A stretch of 64,000 nucleotides of DNA, from assembly GCA_051362555.1 (NCBI GenBank), contig CM120647.1:15290651-15354650 (forward strand), read 5' to 3'. The DNA comes from Lingula anatina (Eukaryota; Animalia; Brachiopoda). The notes below the pieces were generated by a model that worked only from the letters and a program-made list of their open reading frames with translations, was not told where the DNA came from and searched no databases. This document shows, piece after piece, positions 26,791 to 40,400 of the stretch. Position 1 is the stretch's first letter; the number at the start of each line of letters is the position of its first letter. Both the position numbers and the translations under genes were made by a program.

Positions 26791-27846
26791 ATGTATTAAA
26801 ATACATGCAGAGATTTATTCAAGATTTTATATGATTTGCAAAGCGTTGCAGTACATAACGTATGTCGTCATGTTTATACAAATACACAGACCTTTGGTTT
26901 TTACAGCGAAGTAAGTTCTTCTTTGTGTCTCGTGCAGAGACGGTCAAAAATTAAATTGTGAAAAAAAAGACCAAATGTGTCCTAACCTCCGCAGCGTGAC
27001 GGGTCTGTCACGTGAATGAGGTCATTTGAAACATGTAGCAGTACATGTACAGGTAGCAGCCTCTTTTACAACGGTTTACTTTTTTCCCATTAAATTTTCA
27101 TCTGTATATCAATTCAAATCTAGAAGTTTAAAAACTAAAGCGTTTTTTCAAAAGCGGATGTACTTGACCTATCCATTACCTATACCTGTATGTGTACAAA
27201 TTTCCACTATATTATTATTATTATATTCGGACAAAGGGAACGTTTATCGACGCCTTATTGCATATAAAGGAAAGTGTAAATTGTGTAAGTGTACTCTTAC
27301 ATGTAATTATCAAAATATGGTAAGTAGCAAATGCGAAATTGGCTGCCCCGATTTCATAGTGCCAGTATATAAACATTATATGGGAAATTATATAAATAAT
27401 TGGATATCTTTTAAGTAATCTATTTCGGAAAGATTAAATATGCAGAATAAACATGAAGGTTGTAATGAAAAACAGACTAGGTGCTATCTTTATCTGATAT
27501 ATAGTGTTTTTCGACTCTTGTTTGTTTCTCTTCCTTCCATGGGAAATCTCAAACTTTTAATTATTAATGTGTGTGTATTTCAAATTAGGCCCTAGGCCTA
27601 CTGAAGATTTTAATTTAAAAAAAAACTGAAAACAAAAGACAGTTCTTTTCTCCATCCAAAGATATATTATATTTTATAAAATACAATATAAAGAAAGCGC
27701 GCTATAACAACAGTGAACATTTTTCAGATTAACTTTTAGGCATATGCTTAAACCATGAAAAGACACTAATATTTAAAATAAAAAATAAATAAACGTAACT
27801 GCAGAGAACTCATTTTGAGAGACTACGTGTCACTTTACACAATGTA

Positions 27847-28214
27847 TACCAAAATGACACGAACTGACGCAAAATGGCACCTCAATGTTTTAAAAAAACA
27901 TCAAAATAACTTGTAATTTGGATTTTGCACCCAAAATTACAAAAACTCAACAAATGTTTATCTCTAACGGAAAAATATTTTTACAGTTCTTGAGTTACGC
28001 CAAAAAGGGCGACCATTTTGAAATTTCCAACAAGGCCATCCACTTCCGTCGCAGTTGCAATATTATTTCTTCTCCATAGATCTCGATCGGCAGAGAGACA
28101 TTGTGCTAAGTTCAAGACAAATATCTTATTTTGGGCGCAAAATCATAAAAAGTTATATTGATGTTAAAAATAACATAAAGGTGTCATTTCGTGCCATTCT
28201 GTGTCATTTCGGTA
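27847..28214. mobile_element. Degenerate inverted-repeat element (MITE-like)
   Basis: ATACCAAAATGACACGAACTGACGCAAAATGGCACCTCAATGTT (~27847-27890) is an imperfect inverse of AACATAAAGGTGTCATTTCGTGCCATTCTGTGTCATTTCGGTAT (~28171-28214). Confidence 0.5.
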
Positions 28215-28735
28215 TTTGGTCACACCGATTTCGAGAAGGCATTTTCATTCGCAGTTATTCGGATGTAGGCTTTTCTGTTTACCGAGAAAATCAGGGGCGT
28301 ATCCAGGATTATTTGAAGGAGGGGGCGGATGCAAAGCCGACCCCCCCCCCCTCACTTGGCGTGGGGTTTGGGGCCCCTCAGCGGGCCCCGAAAAGAATTG
28401 GTATTTTAGAGGGCGAACGGTGCCATTTGGTACGGTTTAGAACTATGAATCAGCTGGTAAATATTCTAATTTCAAGATTGGACCAGAAATCAAAGGGGGG
28501 GGGGGGGGGGGGGGGGTCAGGACCCCTCTCCCTGTAAATCCGCCACTGAAACCCCTCAGTCATTCCGTCTCTTCGATCTGCCCTTTGCATTGAGAACGAT
28601 TTCACATTTGCACAAATTACTTTCAACGCCTATAATTGTTTGTAGGAAGTCTGCGGGTATACATACTGCATAAATTTAGAGTAAATATGAAGCAAATTCA
28701 CATTAAACCACATACAGCATGGCGTGATCTCCGCG

Positions 28736-31614
28736 TTACCAGCAACCGGTTTGCAGAGTCTGAACGTATTTCAAATTTTCTGTATTCAGTCCAAGTGATT
28801 CAGCAAAAGTGAGGAGCTTCTGCGTCACTTCCGGTGATTGTGTCGGCCTCCTTGATAATATATGGATGCAGTAATTCGTGAAGCCGAGAGTAGTCCCGCA
28901 GTCGTACTCAACGGCGTAATCTTCATCCAAAGCAATAATGGTGTAGTCAACCTTGAAATGGTAAAAATGCCTATTGTGAGGAGTCAGAATTTTTTGTAAG
29001 CGTTTATTTTTTAAGAGAAAAATAAATAAATGAATAAGGAAAGAAAGAAAGAAAAACGGGCATAGGAGAAAACATCTAGCTTATTTTTTTCTTTGAATTA
29101 AATTTAATATCTTATGTAATCCATTACAATATACGTGTACCTTTGGTGCAAACCAGGCAAACCCTTCTTTCCATTTACCTGCTGGGCTCTCGTGAGATAG
29201 TTTACCTACATACAAACGTTTGCAAGTGTTTTAGCCTTAGAGACCATTCAGAACAGAAGATCCCAGGATCTAATGATCCACGGATCAATTATGGTGGGCC
29301 CTATATGAAAGAAGATCCGACTAGTTCTCTGATGGTCTCCCCGTCTCTAAGTGATGCAATAAACAGATAAAATCACGGCTCCGTGGTTTAATTGCTAGAC
29401 CCCTGCAAGGACGGCCCGTGTGGAGGCGGGAGACCATCAGGGGATTAGTCGGCTCGTGTAGGGTCCGTCCATATTTGCTCTGCTCTGAATGGCCTCTTAG
29501 AATAATTTACATACGCGGGCTTTATTATACAGATTTATGTTTTAAAAGCACAATGTAAGCCTTCCTGAATAAAAAAAGGCAAACATATAACAATGAGGTA
29601 CATCTGAGGGGACATGCTTATGTCTAACCTCCTCATTGAAAATTAATGCATTGAAAAGGAGATCGTCCGAGACAGGCTAAGGCTCCGTTCACATGGAAAA
29701 TCTATTTTCTAAAACTCTAAAAATCTATTTTCGGTATCTTGTGATCACGGTCTGTGTCCTGGATATCCCGCGGCGTAATTACTGGCAGCGCGAGCGAGTT
29801 ACTTCCAAAGCTGTAATTTATTCTCGGCTGCGCTCGGAGGAGATTCTGATACCTTGACGCATGCGCAGTAGTATCTCTAAGCTGTGAAGTTCATCAGTTT
29901 AGTTGTGACGACTCAAGCATACAGACACGTAATATGGCTAGTGGTAGTGCAAAACAAGTTGGAGTAACTTCCCAGCAGACAAACGACATTGATTCACCGT
30001 TGAATCAACGTTAATTTTGGTGGATCAACGTTGAATCAACGTAGAATCAATGGCGTTTGCCTGCTGGGTTCCTACTGCTGTACAATTCTGACAAAACTCT
30101 GCTCCGGTTTCCCCAACATCTAGATTGACTCTTTCCCTAATTAGCTAGACTTTGGACTATCTCAGACGATTTTTTAGCATTACCTGTGGCGTTAAGAAAC
30201 GCTCCTTGTGGTGTCTTCTTCCGGCAACTGTTTATGACCGAAGCATCACCTCTGACGTCAGAGTTGGAGAGTGGTTTGACGTCAATGGTCGTGCATACGC
30301 AATCCTTCTCGAAAAAGGCCCCTCCCGCCGTCTGGATTTTGCCTGTTGAAACGTATATATAGATGAGACCGAGTTTTAGGGATTACAGTGAATAAATTAT
30401 TAGCATGCGTTTTCAGTTCTTTTCAGGCTCCAAATTCATGATGAAAGATCAGCTTCTGAGTTTTTTTTTTTTTTTTTTTTTTTTTGTGAGTTAGATCTAT
30501 CGTTTTGCAATTTTCATGTACTAGAGCGTCCACTGTTCCCTTTGATTTCTTCATGTAAGCGCCATCCTAGATTTTGACCCATTTACGTCGCGCTAATCCT
30601 AAACCGTGTGAATCTAATAGAGGGCGGACTCTTTCACACGGACCCGTAGTGATTTAACACCTATGCTACAGCAGCATATACGACACACCCATGACACGCG
30701 CTTGCACCGTATCAAGTCAAGAATAATTTTTATGACAATACAGGACCGTAGGTGAAACAGATGAACTGGAAAAGAGTGCATGTTTTTCATAGGGTCTGTT
30801 TGATCCGCCGACTAGCTGATCAAATATGGCCGACTCACTTGAAAGCTCGTCGAGTGACACCCTTATGGATTCCCCTCACGAATTACGTGGCAATTTTCAA
30901 GTGGGTCGGCCATATTTGGTCCGCGGATCAGTTAGTCCGCGGATCAACTGGTTGTGAACAGAGCCATACGTACCAATCTCGTACCACAAGCCATAGTATC
31001 TGCTGTTGGTGAAGTTCTTTGCCGGTGGAGGATTCTTGCAGCCAGAGCAGTGCACGTACTGGGGCAGAAGACAGGTCAAGCAGACCGAGACAATAACACA
31101 AACCTGAGATCATTAAAATTCATGAAAATAAGGTGATGAAGCCAGTTGACTGTTGAATAAGCGGTGGCGAAAAAAGAGTGTGAGGGAGCGCTCGGATATA
31201 CCCATCGTTCCAGCTCCTTGGTCAGACCAACCCTAACCATTATCACTATATGGAGAGCGGACCTTGTTACACGGACCCTCGGTTTCGTTACACCGGCACA
31301 GCTATTTCGCCAGGAAAAAACACTATAGAAAGATCTCAGGTTTCAGTTTTATCAGGAAACCCAACCCTTAAAAAAATTATTATAATGATATTTAAAGTTA
31401 CAACTAAAATGCTTGAGTTTTACATTCACAGGTAAAATACGTAGGAAAGATGTACCAGAAAAAAAAAATACATTTAACTCTAAATTTTACCGACTACAAG
31501 ATAGCACAAGTCATTTTAAACAATGTTTCCCAGCGGCATTTCTCTACATATATTCTCCGCAAATGGATAAAATATACATTAAATGGAAATACATACCTGT
31601 AAACTGGGAAACAT
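28736..31614 (-). CDS. Secreted lipocalin (apolipoprotein D-like), ~195 aa
   Basis: Exons 31614-31597, 31103-30974 (signal peptide; NFTNSRYYGLWYEIG = lipocalin SCR1 GxWYEI), 30342-30184 (KIQTAGGAFFEKDCVCT), 29205-29141, 28951-28736 (DYTIIALDEDYAVEYDC..HILSRRP = SCR2/SCR3). Total 588 nt in frame. Confidence 0.9.
29971..30068. mobile_element. 98-bp palindromic MITE
   Basis: CCCAGCAGACAAACGACATTGATTC ... GAATCAATGGCGTTTGCCTGCTGGG, flanked by TT on both sides. Confidence 0.7.
30792..30965. mobile_element. PIF/Harbinger-like MITE
   Basis: Long imperfect TIRs (GGGTCTGTT..CAAATATGGCCGACTCACTTGAAA vs TTTCAAGTGGGTCGGCCATATTTG..GAACAGAGCC) and a 3-bp ATA duplication on both flanks. The superfamily assignment is tentative. 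Confidence 0.6.
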
Positions 31615-32584
31615 CGCTAAGCTGACTCGAGTTCTACGGCGAGTGGGTAAAGTGTGATCGCTGTTGGATATTTGATGTCAAAATGGGCATTATGACACTC
31701 CGGAACGGTTTTAACTCACAGATTTAATCCCAAAACAATGCTATCATATCATACTTTTGTGACCTCGTGGCCTATCCGCCGGCCGTTATCGCTTATTATA
31801 CAAGGGGCTGCACGTGTCGCGTGCCACAACACGTGTGGAAACTTATTGGTTTCAACCCAAGTTCTCACGATAAATTCGCCGGCTTTAGTGAGTTAAAAGA
31901 ATTTGTGAATGCAATTTTGCATTATAAGAGAAGGCGAAGGGCGATAGTACAAATTTTGCATAAAAATTATTTGAATTTTTTAAAAAATCTAATTGGCAAA
32001 TGTACAATCATAATTATGTTTGGCAGCAATTGCATAAGCAAAATAACTGGCGTGTTAAGTACATGAAATTACAGGTAATAATAAGAATAATAATAATATA
32101 GAATTTTTCAGAAAGCACGTGATTTAAATCACTGAGATGAGTACAAACAAGATCATATTTTCAATTTATTTTCAGAACATAACAAAATAATTCCACATAA
32201 ACATGATTCAGAAAAATTATGAATCGGTTCGTTTGAATAATAGCCTCGTTCTGACTTCTACATGCCCCTGTTTTAAACGCTGAACCAGAGGCTCTATGAA
32301 ACGAGCAAAATCGACTTGGCTAGAAAATAAACGATCTCAATCTGAATAATAAATGGCATGAAAAAGTAGAAGATATTTTGTCAGTACCTTGACAAATAAA
32401 GTGATACTCCACCGTGCAATATTTCATCTGCTTGCAGTCCGACTTCATCAGGAAATGGCTTCTTAGATGAAGTACAAAGTAAGCAGACGATCAAGTATCA
32501 TGATATTCCCAAAGTTACTGACAAAAAATTCTTCATTTCTATTGAAATAACATAACTTCTAAACATTTCGACACAATACTTTTC

Positions 32585-32622
<38 letters not shown>

Positions 32623-33967
32623 GCTACATCCTATCCAGTTTGTGTTTGATCCAATGGCATACATATTACAACAAACAAATAAATCAATAAATGATAATTA
32701 TAGTGGATTTGGTGAAAATAATCAGCTTTGGATAAATTTCAAAATTTTGAACTTCGTTCACATCTACTATTACTTTATTTACTGATCATTTTCTACGGAG
32801 TTTAGCCTTGATCCAAAAACCTGAAAACATAAAGAGTTCAAACTGACATGGTGAAACTTAGCCAAATATCTTGTACTCCTTGGGTAGGTTCCATCAAAGA
32901 CATTTACACCGGTAGCTGGTTTTCACTTTTAGACCAAAAGCTTAGCCTTCTTTGACTCACGTGGTGCCTCCATGACTCACCAAGAAAACACCAATGACAA
33001 AATTCTTTAACATTGTCTATGATCCACAACTGAGAAACAGTTTTGCAGAGATCGCATTAATGAAAAATTAATTATAACTTTTTCCTGATACACTACTTTG
33101 TTCATTCGACATGATGACCTATAACCAGGGGAAAAAGCGACTCACACATAAATACAAAAGATCAATGTGACAAAGGGTATTAATTATACCGAGATATCCG
33201 CGTTACACCCAATTTACTTTAGAAGATGTCCCATCAACAAACTTTCAAAACCTTTACCCTCCAGTGTCACAAATTTTCTCCTGGCTTATCAGAACACACC
33301 ATCTTTTTTTCCATTTCCATAAAACCACATCTAACTTTCATAATACAATGGCAATAAATATTACCTACAATAAATTAACACTAATTAAATCAAGTAATAT
33401 AAATATTTCTCACAGCTAGGTATAAAGACTGTAAAACTTTTACCATTTAATTGCAGATAAATTATTTTTTTCAGTTTGATATTAAGAAAAAATTAGGACA
33501 CAATTTGTTCTTGAAGTGAAGATACATGTTAGTTACATTGGTGTAAAAGCTTGATACATATATAAATCAACAAAATTAATAATTAAACATAACTGGCCAA
33601 TCTAGGATATTACTTTCAGTGGGAGGTCAGCTCAGTGATGAAGTAGTTGTGCAAAAAAGAAAACAGGGCAGCAAAGCTAGTGAATAACATAGGATATGCA
33701 TGTGACTAGCTGGTGAAAGAGTGCTGTGTATGGCAGTGGTAGAGGGAACCTGAATATCAGAAAGTAAGTGTCTCAATATTTTCTGAAAAAATTCATGAAC
33801 ACAAACAAACAAAATTGATCATGAAATACCACTGGCAGAAACCAAGCTAATAAGGAGGGGGATAGCAAAAAAAAAAAAAAAACCTCTGGGCCATTTCAGA
33901 ATGTAAGCAATTGCTTCTTCAAAATATCTGGGTTAGGAGGGGGGATCTCAATGGTTGCAATGTTTAA

Positions 33968-33999
<32 letters not shown>

Positions 34000-34488
34000 G
34001 CCAAAGTACAGACCTAAATGAAAATGCAGAACAAGTGCAATTTCTTGTAAACTTAAGATGAATGACAAGAATACCTTAAATATGTTCCCATAACAAATCT
34101 TACTTCTTTTGTTCTTGAATAATTATAGACAGTAGCAAAAAAAAAAAAAAAAATCACAAAATGTCCTTTCCTTTTCGCAATTTCAGAATCGATCATTAAG
34201 CAAATTAAGGTTATTTGTTGAGATTCCTGCTGTAGTCAAAAGATGAATAAGAAAGAAGTGAGCAAGCTCAAAACAGAGTCAAATTTGTCAAAAGTGGCCA
34301 AAAAAAAATTGTTATTATATGTCCCTTACCACTTAAAGCTAATAAAACTCATGTGAAGAACAACCTGACATACTCATTACTATCACTTATAAATCCAGAA
34401 AAAAATCTATTGACAAATTTTTTTTTTTAAATGTCATAAAGAATTCTTGTAGGGATCCATTCTGATACGACAACATAAATAAAATATG

Positions 34489-37400
34489 TTAGGACTTCTT
34501 AATTTGTTCATCTCCCTTCCCATTGGCTGAGACCCAGAGTGAGGCTGTCGGGGTACGCTTGGCGGACTTTGATTCCAGGAGTTGCTCAAAAGCTACCGTT
34601 TTCCTTTTCAGCTGTGCCTTCTTTTGTTCAATTTCTAATGCTTTTCTTCTGAGATCTGTGGAAAGAGAGGGGCCTCTTTTTGTAACCAATAAACAAATAT
34701 TAACATTAAAAAATAAAATTATCAATTTTTTTGAATGATTAGTCAGCATTAAGAACTCAGTCTACTCCATCTTAGGAAATTTCATAAACAAATAAATAAA
34801 TGATTCAGCGCATTATATTTTGATAATTATGTCACAGAGAGTGTCAAATAAAGTTTTTATAGATAAAAATACAACAGAACATACTGCTGTGAAACATTTA
34901 TATTGAGTTACAAATTAATCAGCATTTAAAACCAATACAACAAAGAATGCCACGCTGGCCCCCTTACCTTCCATTTCTTGGCTTAACTGTGCCGACAACT
35001 TTTCCGTCTCTGAACGGCAAGCTGACAACTTCACTTTAAACTTGGCAGTGAGACCCAGTTCCTCAACAATTCTATTGATCCTGTTGGCTTCTGAGGTAAT
35101 AATAATAATAACAATAATAATAATAATAATAAATAAAACCTTTGTGAGCACTACCAGAGCAGATGAATGTTAGTGCTAGGTATCACTTAGTTGGTGCTAA
35201 ATAATTGTACGGTGTGTTGGTTCATTCTTAGTTTTGGGGTAAAAATGGGCGTCAGTGGGCAGTGTTAGTGGGTAGTCTTAGTAAACGCTTAATACATTTA
35301 AAAGACCCGATTAGTGGCAGCCCAACTTCATTTCACCTGATAGAAGTTGTGATAAGGCTGAAACGTATGGACGCCGTTTCAAGCATAACCAAAAGTGTGA
35401 GACTTGTTCTAATTCCATCTTTATCTTTAATATCAGATCTAAATGTTTGCAATCCAGAAGAAGAAAAACAAGGCAGCAAAGCTGTCAAATGTACAGACAA
35501 AAAACAGAAAATAAAGATGCAAAAAAAGGTAATTTTGTCAATTTTGATGCAATAATAAATAATGCTTATAATAGCACTGTCAGTCAACACTGAATTTTAA
35601 TCATGCACAACAGGTAACATGGTCAATAACAGGACGGGCCCTGAGATATTTTCTGACAGTATTCCAAAGTATCTATGTTGATCCATCCTCCATTTTGATG
35701 GTCTTCCAACAGAAAAAAATAGATACCAGTCAATATAAACTTAATAACCTGTCTTCAAGAAGACCCAGAAGATGGTCTCAATCCACCCCTTCAATAAGAT
35801 TACAGTTTCAGGACCATGAGAGACTATAGTCACATGATGAAAGTCTCAATATTTGAAAAATGATGACAGTGCATAAAATAATTTTATATAATGTTTAAAG
35901 ACATAAAAAACAATACAATTGCTTATGTGGAAATACAGAAAATGTGCAGAGCCTCGAGCGGATGAGAGTTAAAAGTCACAAATGCAAGTGTTTGAGAAAA
36001 AATTTAAAATTAAACGAGACTTACCTTGGTTAAGTCGATGTTTGATTGTAATTCTGTGAGTGTAAAAATGAGGGAGGGCTTAAATGAGATATGCTTGCGC
36101 ATGCGTACTCAGCCTTTAAAGCTTGATGTTTTCACATTTTTTTAAAGAACATTTTATTTATATTTATATATCTGTGAGCTGATTACATTGGAATTATATT
36201 ACTGAGTAAGCTGGGTGGGGAGGGTGGCATTTAAGCCCTCCCTCATTTTTACACTCACAGAATTACAATCAAACATCGACTTAACCAAGGTAAGTCTCGT
36301 TTAATTTTAAATTCTATTTCGTATAAAAATATCGGTCAGTCTTAAATGAGACTTTAAAGTAAAATGTGACAAACATCAATAAACCAGTATTCAATGGCCT
36401 TTATTTCAGCTTAAAATATCGTTTAGAACAGTTTCAACAAATCATCAACAGATACTCATGTAAACCTATACATGCCAGTATATATACTAGTATATGAATA
36501 TGCTCATTACTTCCTTTTTAAAACTCCATATTCAAATGTGGTAGCTTTATCCTCGATTTGTTTCTCATAGAATTTTGCAAATGTTTTTTCAGTACTCCAA
36601 CCAGCTTTGTTCAAAATATCTGTCACTGGCACAGAATTCATTTTTGCCTTTGAAACAGCAGCAGCTCTCACACTGTGAGCACCAAATAAAGTAGTGTCTA
36701 TTCCCGATTTTGTCATTACAACTTTGATCCATCTAGAAATCGTATCTCTTTGAACAGGTTTATAAGGTTTCATATAACTTATAAGCAAATTTTTATCAAC
36801 ATTATGCCTACGCAATGTCTTTGTACGAGCTATATACTCTTTTAAAACAGTATAAACACACAACCTCCTATCTGGAGGGTAAGCTTTAAACACAATATGT
36901 GATGAATTACAACCTGGTCTACTTTGCTTCAGTAAACCACATAACTGAAACACAAACTCTGAACTCAACTTTTTCATATCAACAACAGAAATTAAATGTA
37001 ATGTTTGTACACGTGTGGCATTAATTAATGCCATGAGCATTGTAAGTTTTAAAGTCAGATCCTTCAAAGTCAAGTGCTTTACTGGTGAAAGTTTCCTTAA
37101 GAAAACCAGAACTTTATTAACATCCCAAATTTGAGCATAACGTTGTCTTGGTGGCCTCAAATTATAAATGCCTTTCATATATCTTATCACCAATGGATGA
37201 CTCCCTGCTGAAACTCCATCAATTTGAATACCCATTGATGAAATAGCACCTCTTGCTGTATTTAAACTGTCATAAGCTAAGCCATCATTAAACTGTTTTG
37301 TAAGAAATTCTATCACCTCTTCCACATGTGGTGAAATTGAATTAATTTTCCTTTCACCACAGTATTTGAACCAGCGTTTAATGAACACGTTGTATTGTTT

Positions 37401-40400
37401 CTTTGTCCCTGTACGCCAAGATGACATAAGTATGTGGGTTGATTGCTCAGAAAGGCCTCGTTCTCTAAACTGTTCCCTGATACTTTGCATACAATGAGTT
37501 TCAACTTGTCCATAAGAGGATGTTCCACTGGGAGCTTGTTCCCTGGTAAAGTTAGCAGACCTTTTTTCTTTTGAATGACTATTGGGTTTTCCACAAGTAA
37601 TTCCATCAACTTTGCAAACCATATCTGTGTTGGCCATACAGGAGCCACTATAATACCCCTGGCTTTGTCTTTGCGAATCTTCTGGATACAATGACCCAGC
37701 AAACTGAAAGGTGGAAACAGATAAACATAATTCAGTGTTCCCCAATCATAAGTAAATGCATTAATACCCCAAGCAAAGGGGTCTGCCTGCCATGAACAAT
37801 ATCTTTCAACTTGCGCATTTAATCTAGAGGCAAAAAGATCAATAAATGGATTTCCAAATTTTTCACATATCTTTTGAAATACATTCTCATTCAACTTCCA
37901 TTCTAAACGTTCATTAAACTTCCTAGAAGCATCATCAGCATCTACATTATCTTTCCCTGGCACATGGACACAGGTGAGCCAAACATTTTTCTCGATACAC
38001 CAATGCCAAATCTTTTTTGCTATGTTATTGCAATCATAAGATTTAATTCCACCCATATTCTGAATATAGTCACATGCTGTAATATTATCACTCATGATCT
38101 TTACATGTTTATTTTCAAATCTAAATGTAAAAGACTGCAATGCATATAATATTGCTAGTAACTCTAAAGCATTTATATGAAGGTTAGCTTCTTCTGGAAA
38201 CCATCTACCACCAATTTTTTGACCCTCCAAATGAGCACCCCAGCCTAATTTGGATGCATCAGTATACAATATAATGTCAACATTTCCTTTGTCAATTTTC
38301 CTTCTTTGCAAGTGGACATTTTCCATCCACCATTGTAATTCTTGCTTCATACTAATTGTAATGTGCATCATAGCATCATAATTTCCATTGTTGCTTTTTA
38401 AAGCACTTATCTTCTGCTTTTCAAGTTCTCTATAATGGAGTTTACCATATTCAACAGCTGAGAATGTTGAAACTATAATTCCAATCACTTTAGCTACTAG
38501 TCTTACTTTTGCTTCTGTTTTAATGATAAGCATTTTACACTGCTGTACAATGTGATCAATTTTATCTTTAGGTAAAGTCACCGTCATACTTTCAGAATCA
38601 ATTATATTTCCCAAAAACAACAATGATTGTTGGGGAATAAGGACAGACTTATCTGCATTGATTATAAAACCAAGTGTTTCCATTAGATGTTTTGTGCATC
38701 TTATATTTTCAACACATTCAAGGTAATTATCTGAACACAATAAACTGTCATCAATAAATCCTGAACTAGAATGGCCAAGACTTCTCAATTTTGCATATAC
38801 AGGCTTTAATAATTTCGTAAATATTTTGGGCCCTTCAGAAATGCCATTTGCAAGGCATGTGTATTGATAGATATTTCCTTCCCAAACAAATCGAAAAAGA
38901 ATTTGCTGTTCTTCTGCTATTTTCACACTATAATATGCATGCTTTATATCAATTGATGCTAGGAAGCATCCTTTTGTCACTAAGGTCAATGCCTTTTCAA
39001 AAGTGTCCATTTTAAAATGTTCATAGGGAATGTGTTGATTCAGCTTCTTAAGATTTAATATCATTCTGTATTCTCCATTCTTTTTAGGGCGTACAAAAAT
39101 AGGAGATAAAAACTGCCCCGGTACACTTTGAACTTTCTTAATAACACCAAGATCAAGTAGTTTAGAAATTTCTTTCCTGATTATAATTGTTTCTTCTGTG
39201 TTAAACCTATATTTCACCATATCATTTAAGTTTTGAAATCCAATGTTGGTATCAACATTTATATGACAATTTTGTACTATATCCAAGATATATGGGTCAC
39301 TGGTCAATTTTCTCCATTCATCTACAAACAAATGCAATCTACCAGCTTGAAATTTATGTCTCACCTCTAGTATCTGTTCTGATCCCACTGGCTGCTTTGC
39401 CATGAGAAGTTTTTTGAATCTGCATGTGCACCCCTCTGGGAAGAACTTCCTCGGCCACGATTGTACCTTCCTCTCATGCGTCCCCTGAATCGTGGGCCCC
39501 TTTGGTATGGGCGGTTTCTATAATCCAAGCCCATTCTACTCTGCATCATTTTATAACTCATTTTCGCAGAATCTTCCACTTCCCTTGCAGATTTGGTAAT
39601 ATCATCTCCAAAGAGAAAAGTTGTGCACGGAATGTTATGATTGCACAAAGGTTTGTACTCTGGCTTGAGGTTTGGTTTTAACAAATCCTTTCTAAAACAG
39701 TTAATCTGTGTATTGGCATGACCAAGCAAAGCAATACTGTCATTGAACATATCAATGAGTTTTCCAAGCCCTTCACTCGTATCATTTCCTGTTTCTAACT
39801 TAGCCAGTTTGTCTATTCCTTTAGTCATCAACGTAGCTGCTTTTACAACTGACATTTGAACATCCTGTAACTTCTTATCATTTGTTTTGGCATATTGAGG
39901 AATAATGTTCCATACCATTTTATTGGTTTTGACTATCACCAAACTTTCACAGTTTTTTGGCCGTGAGTTATTTTCATCTTTGGTAAGTTCTGTATACTTT
40001 GAATGATCTACTATCCCATTGGTGAACAAATCATTGACACTACTCGCCAACACACTGTCAACTTCCACGTCTGTATACTCTATTAATTTATATCTCTTCG
40101 TCATATCATCAAATCTGTTTGTGCTACTAGTACCTGCCTCCGGGCATGTTTCATCCTCCAATCTTTCATCATACCGTTCATCAAAGTCATAATTCTCCTC
40201 ACAATATTCATCGTGATACAGGTACTGTTTCTCTAAAGTATCTATGCGTCCCACGACGCTATTAATGTTCGTTTCCTGTCTCTGCACAGTTTCTTGTATA
40301 TTTTTCATTATAGTTAAATATTCATCACTGTTATGACTAGATTTTGCTTTGTCGTCTAGTTTCCCCTTTCCTGTTCTAGTTTTTACTTTCTTTGCTTTAA

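Noticed and set aside
28055-28537. 160-aa ORF
   Set aside because: Spans a poly-G/poly-C interspersed repeat (related sequence at ~44950), has no ATG start and no domain features.
36001-36313. 86-bp perfect hairpin as a novel structured ncRNA or miRNA
   Set aside because: Fully explained as the DIRS terminal extension pairing with the ICR.
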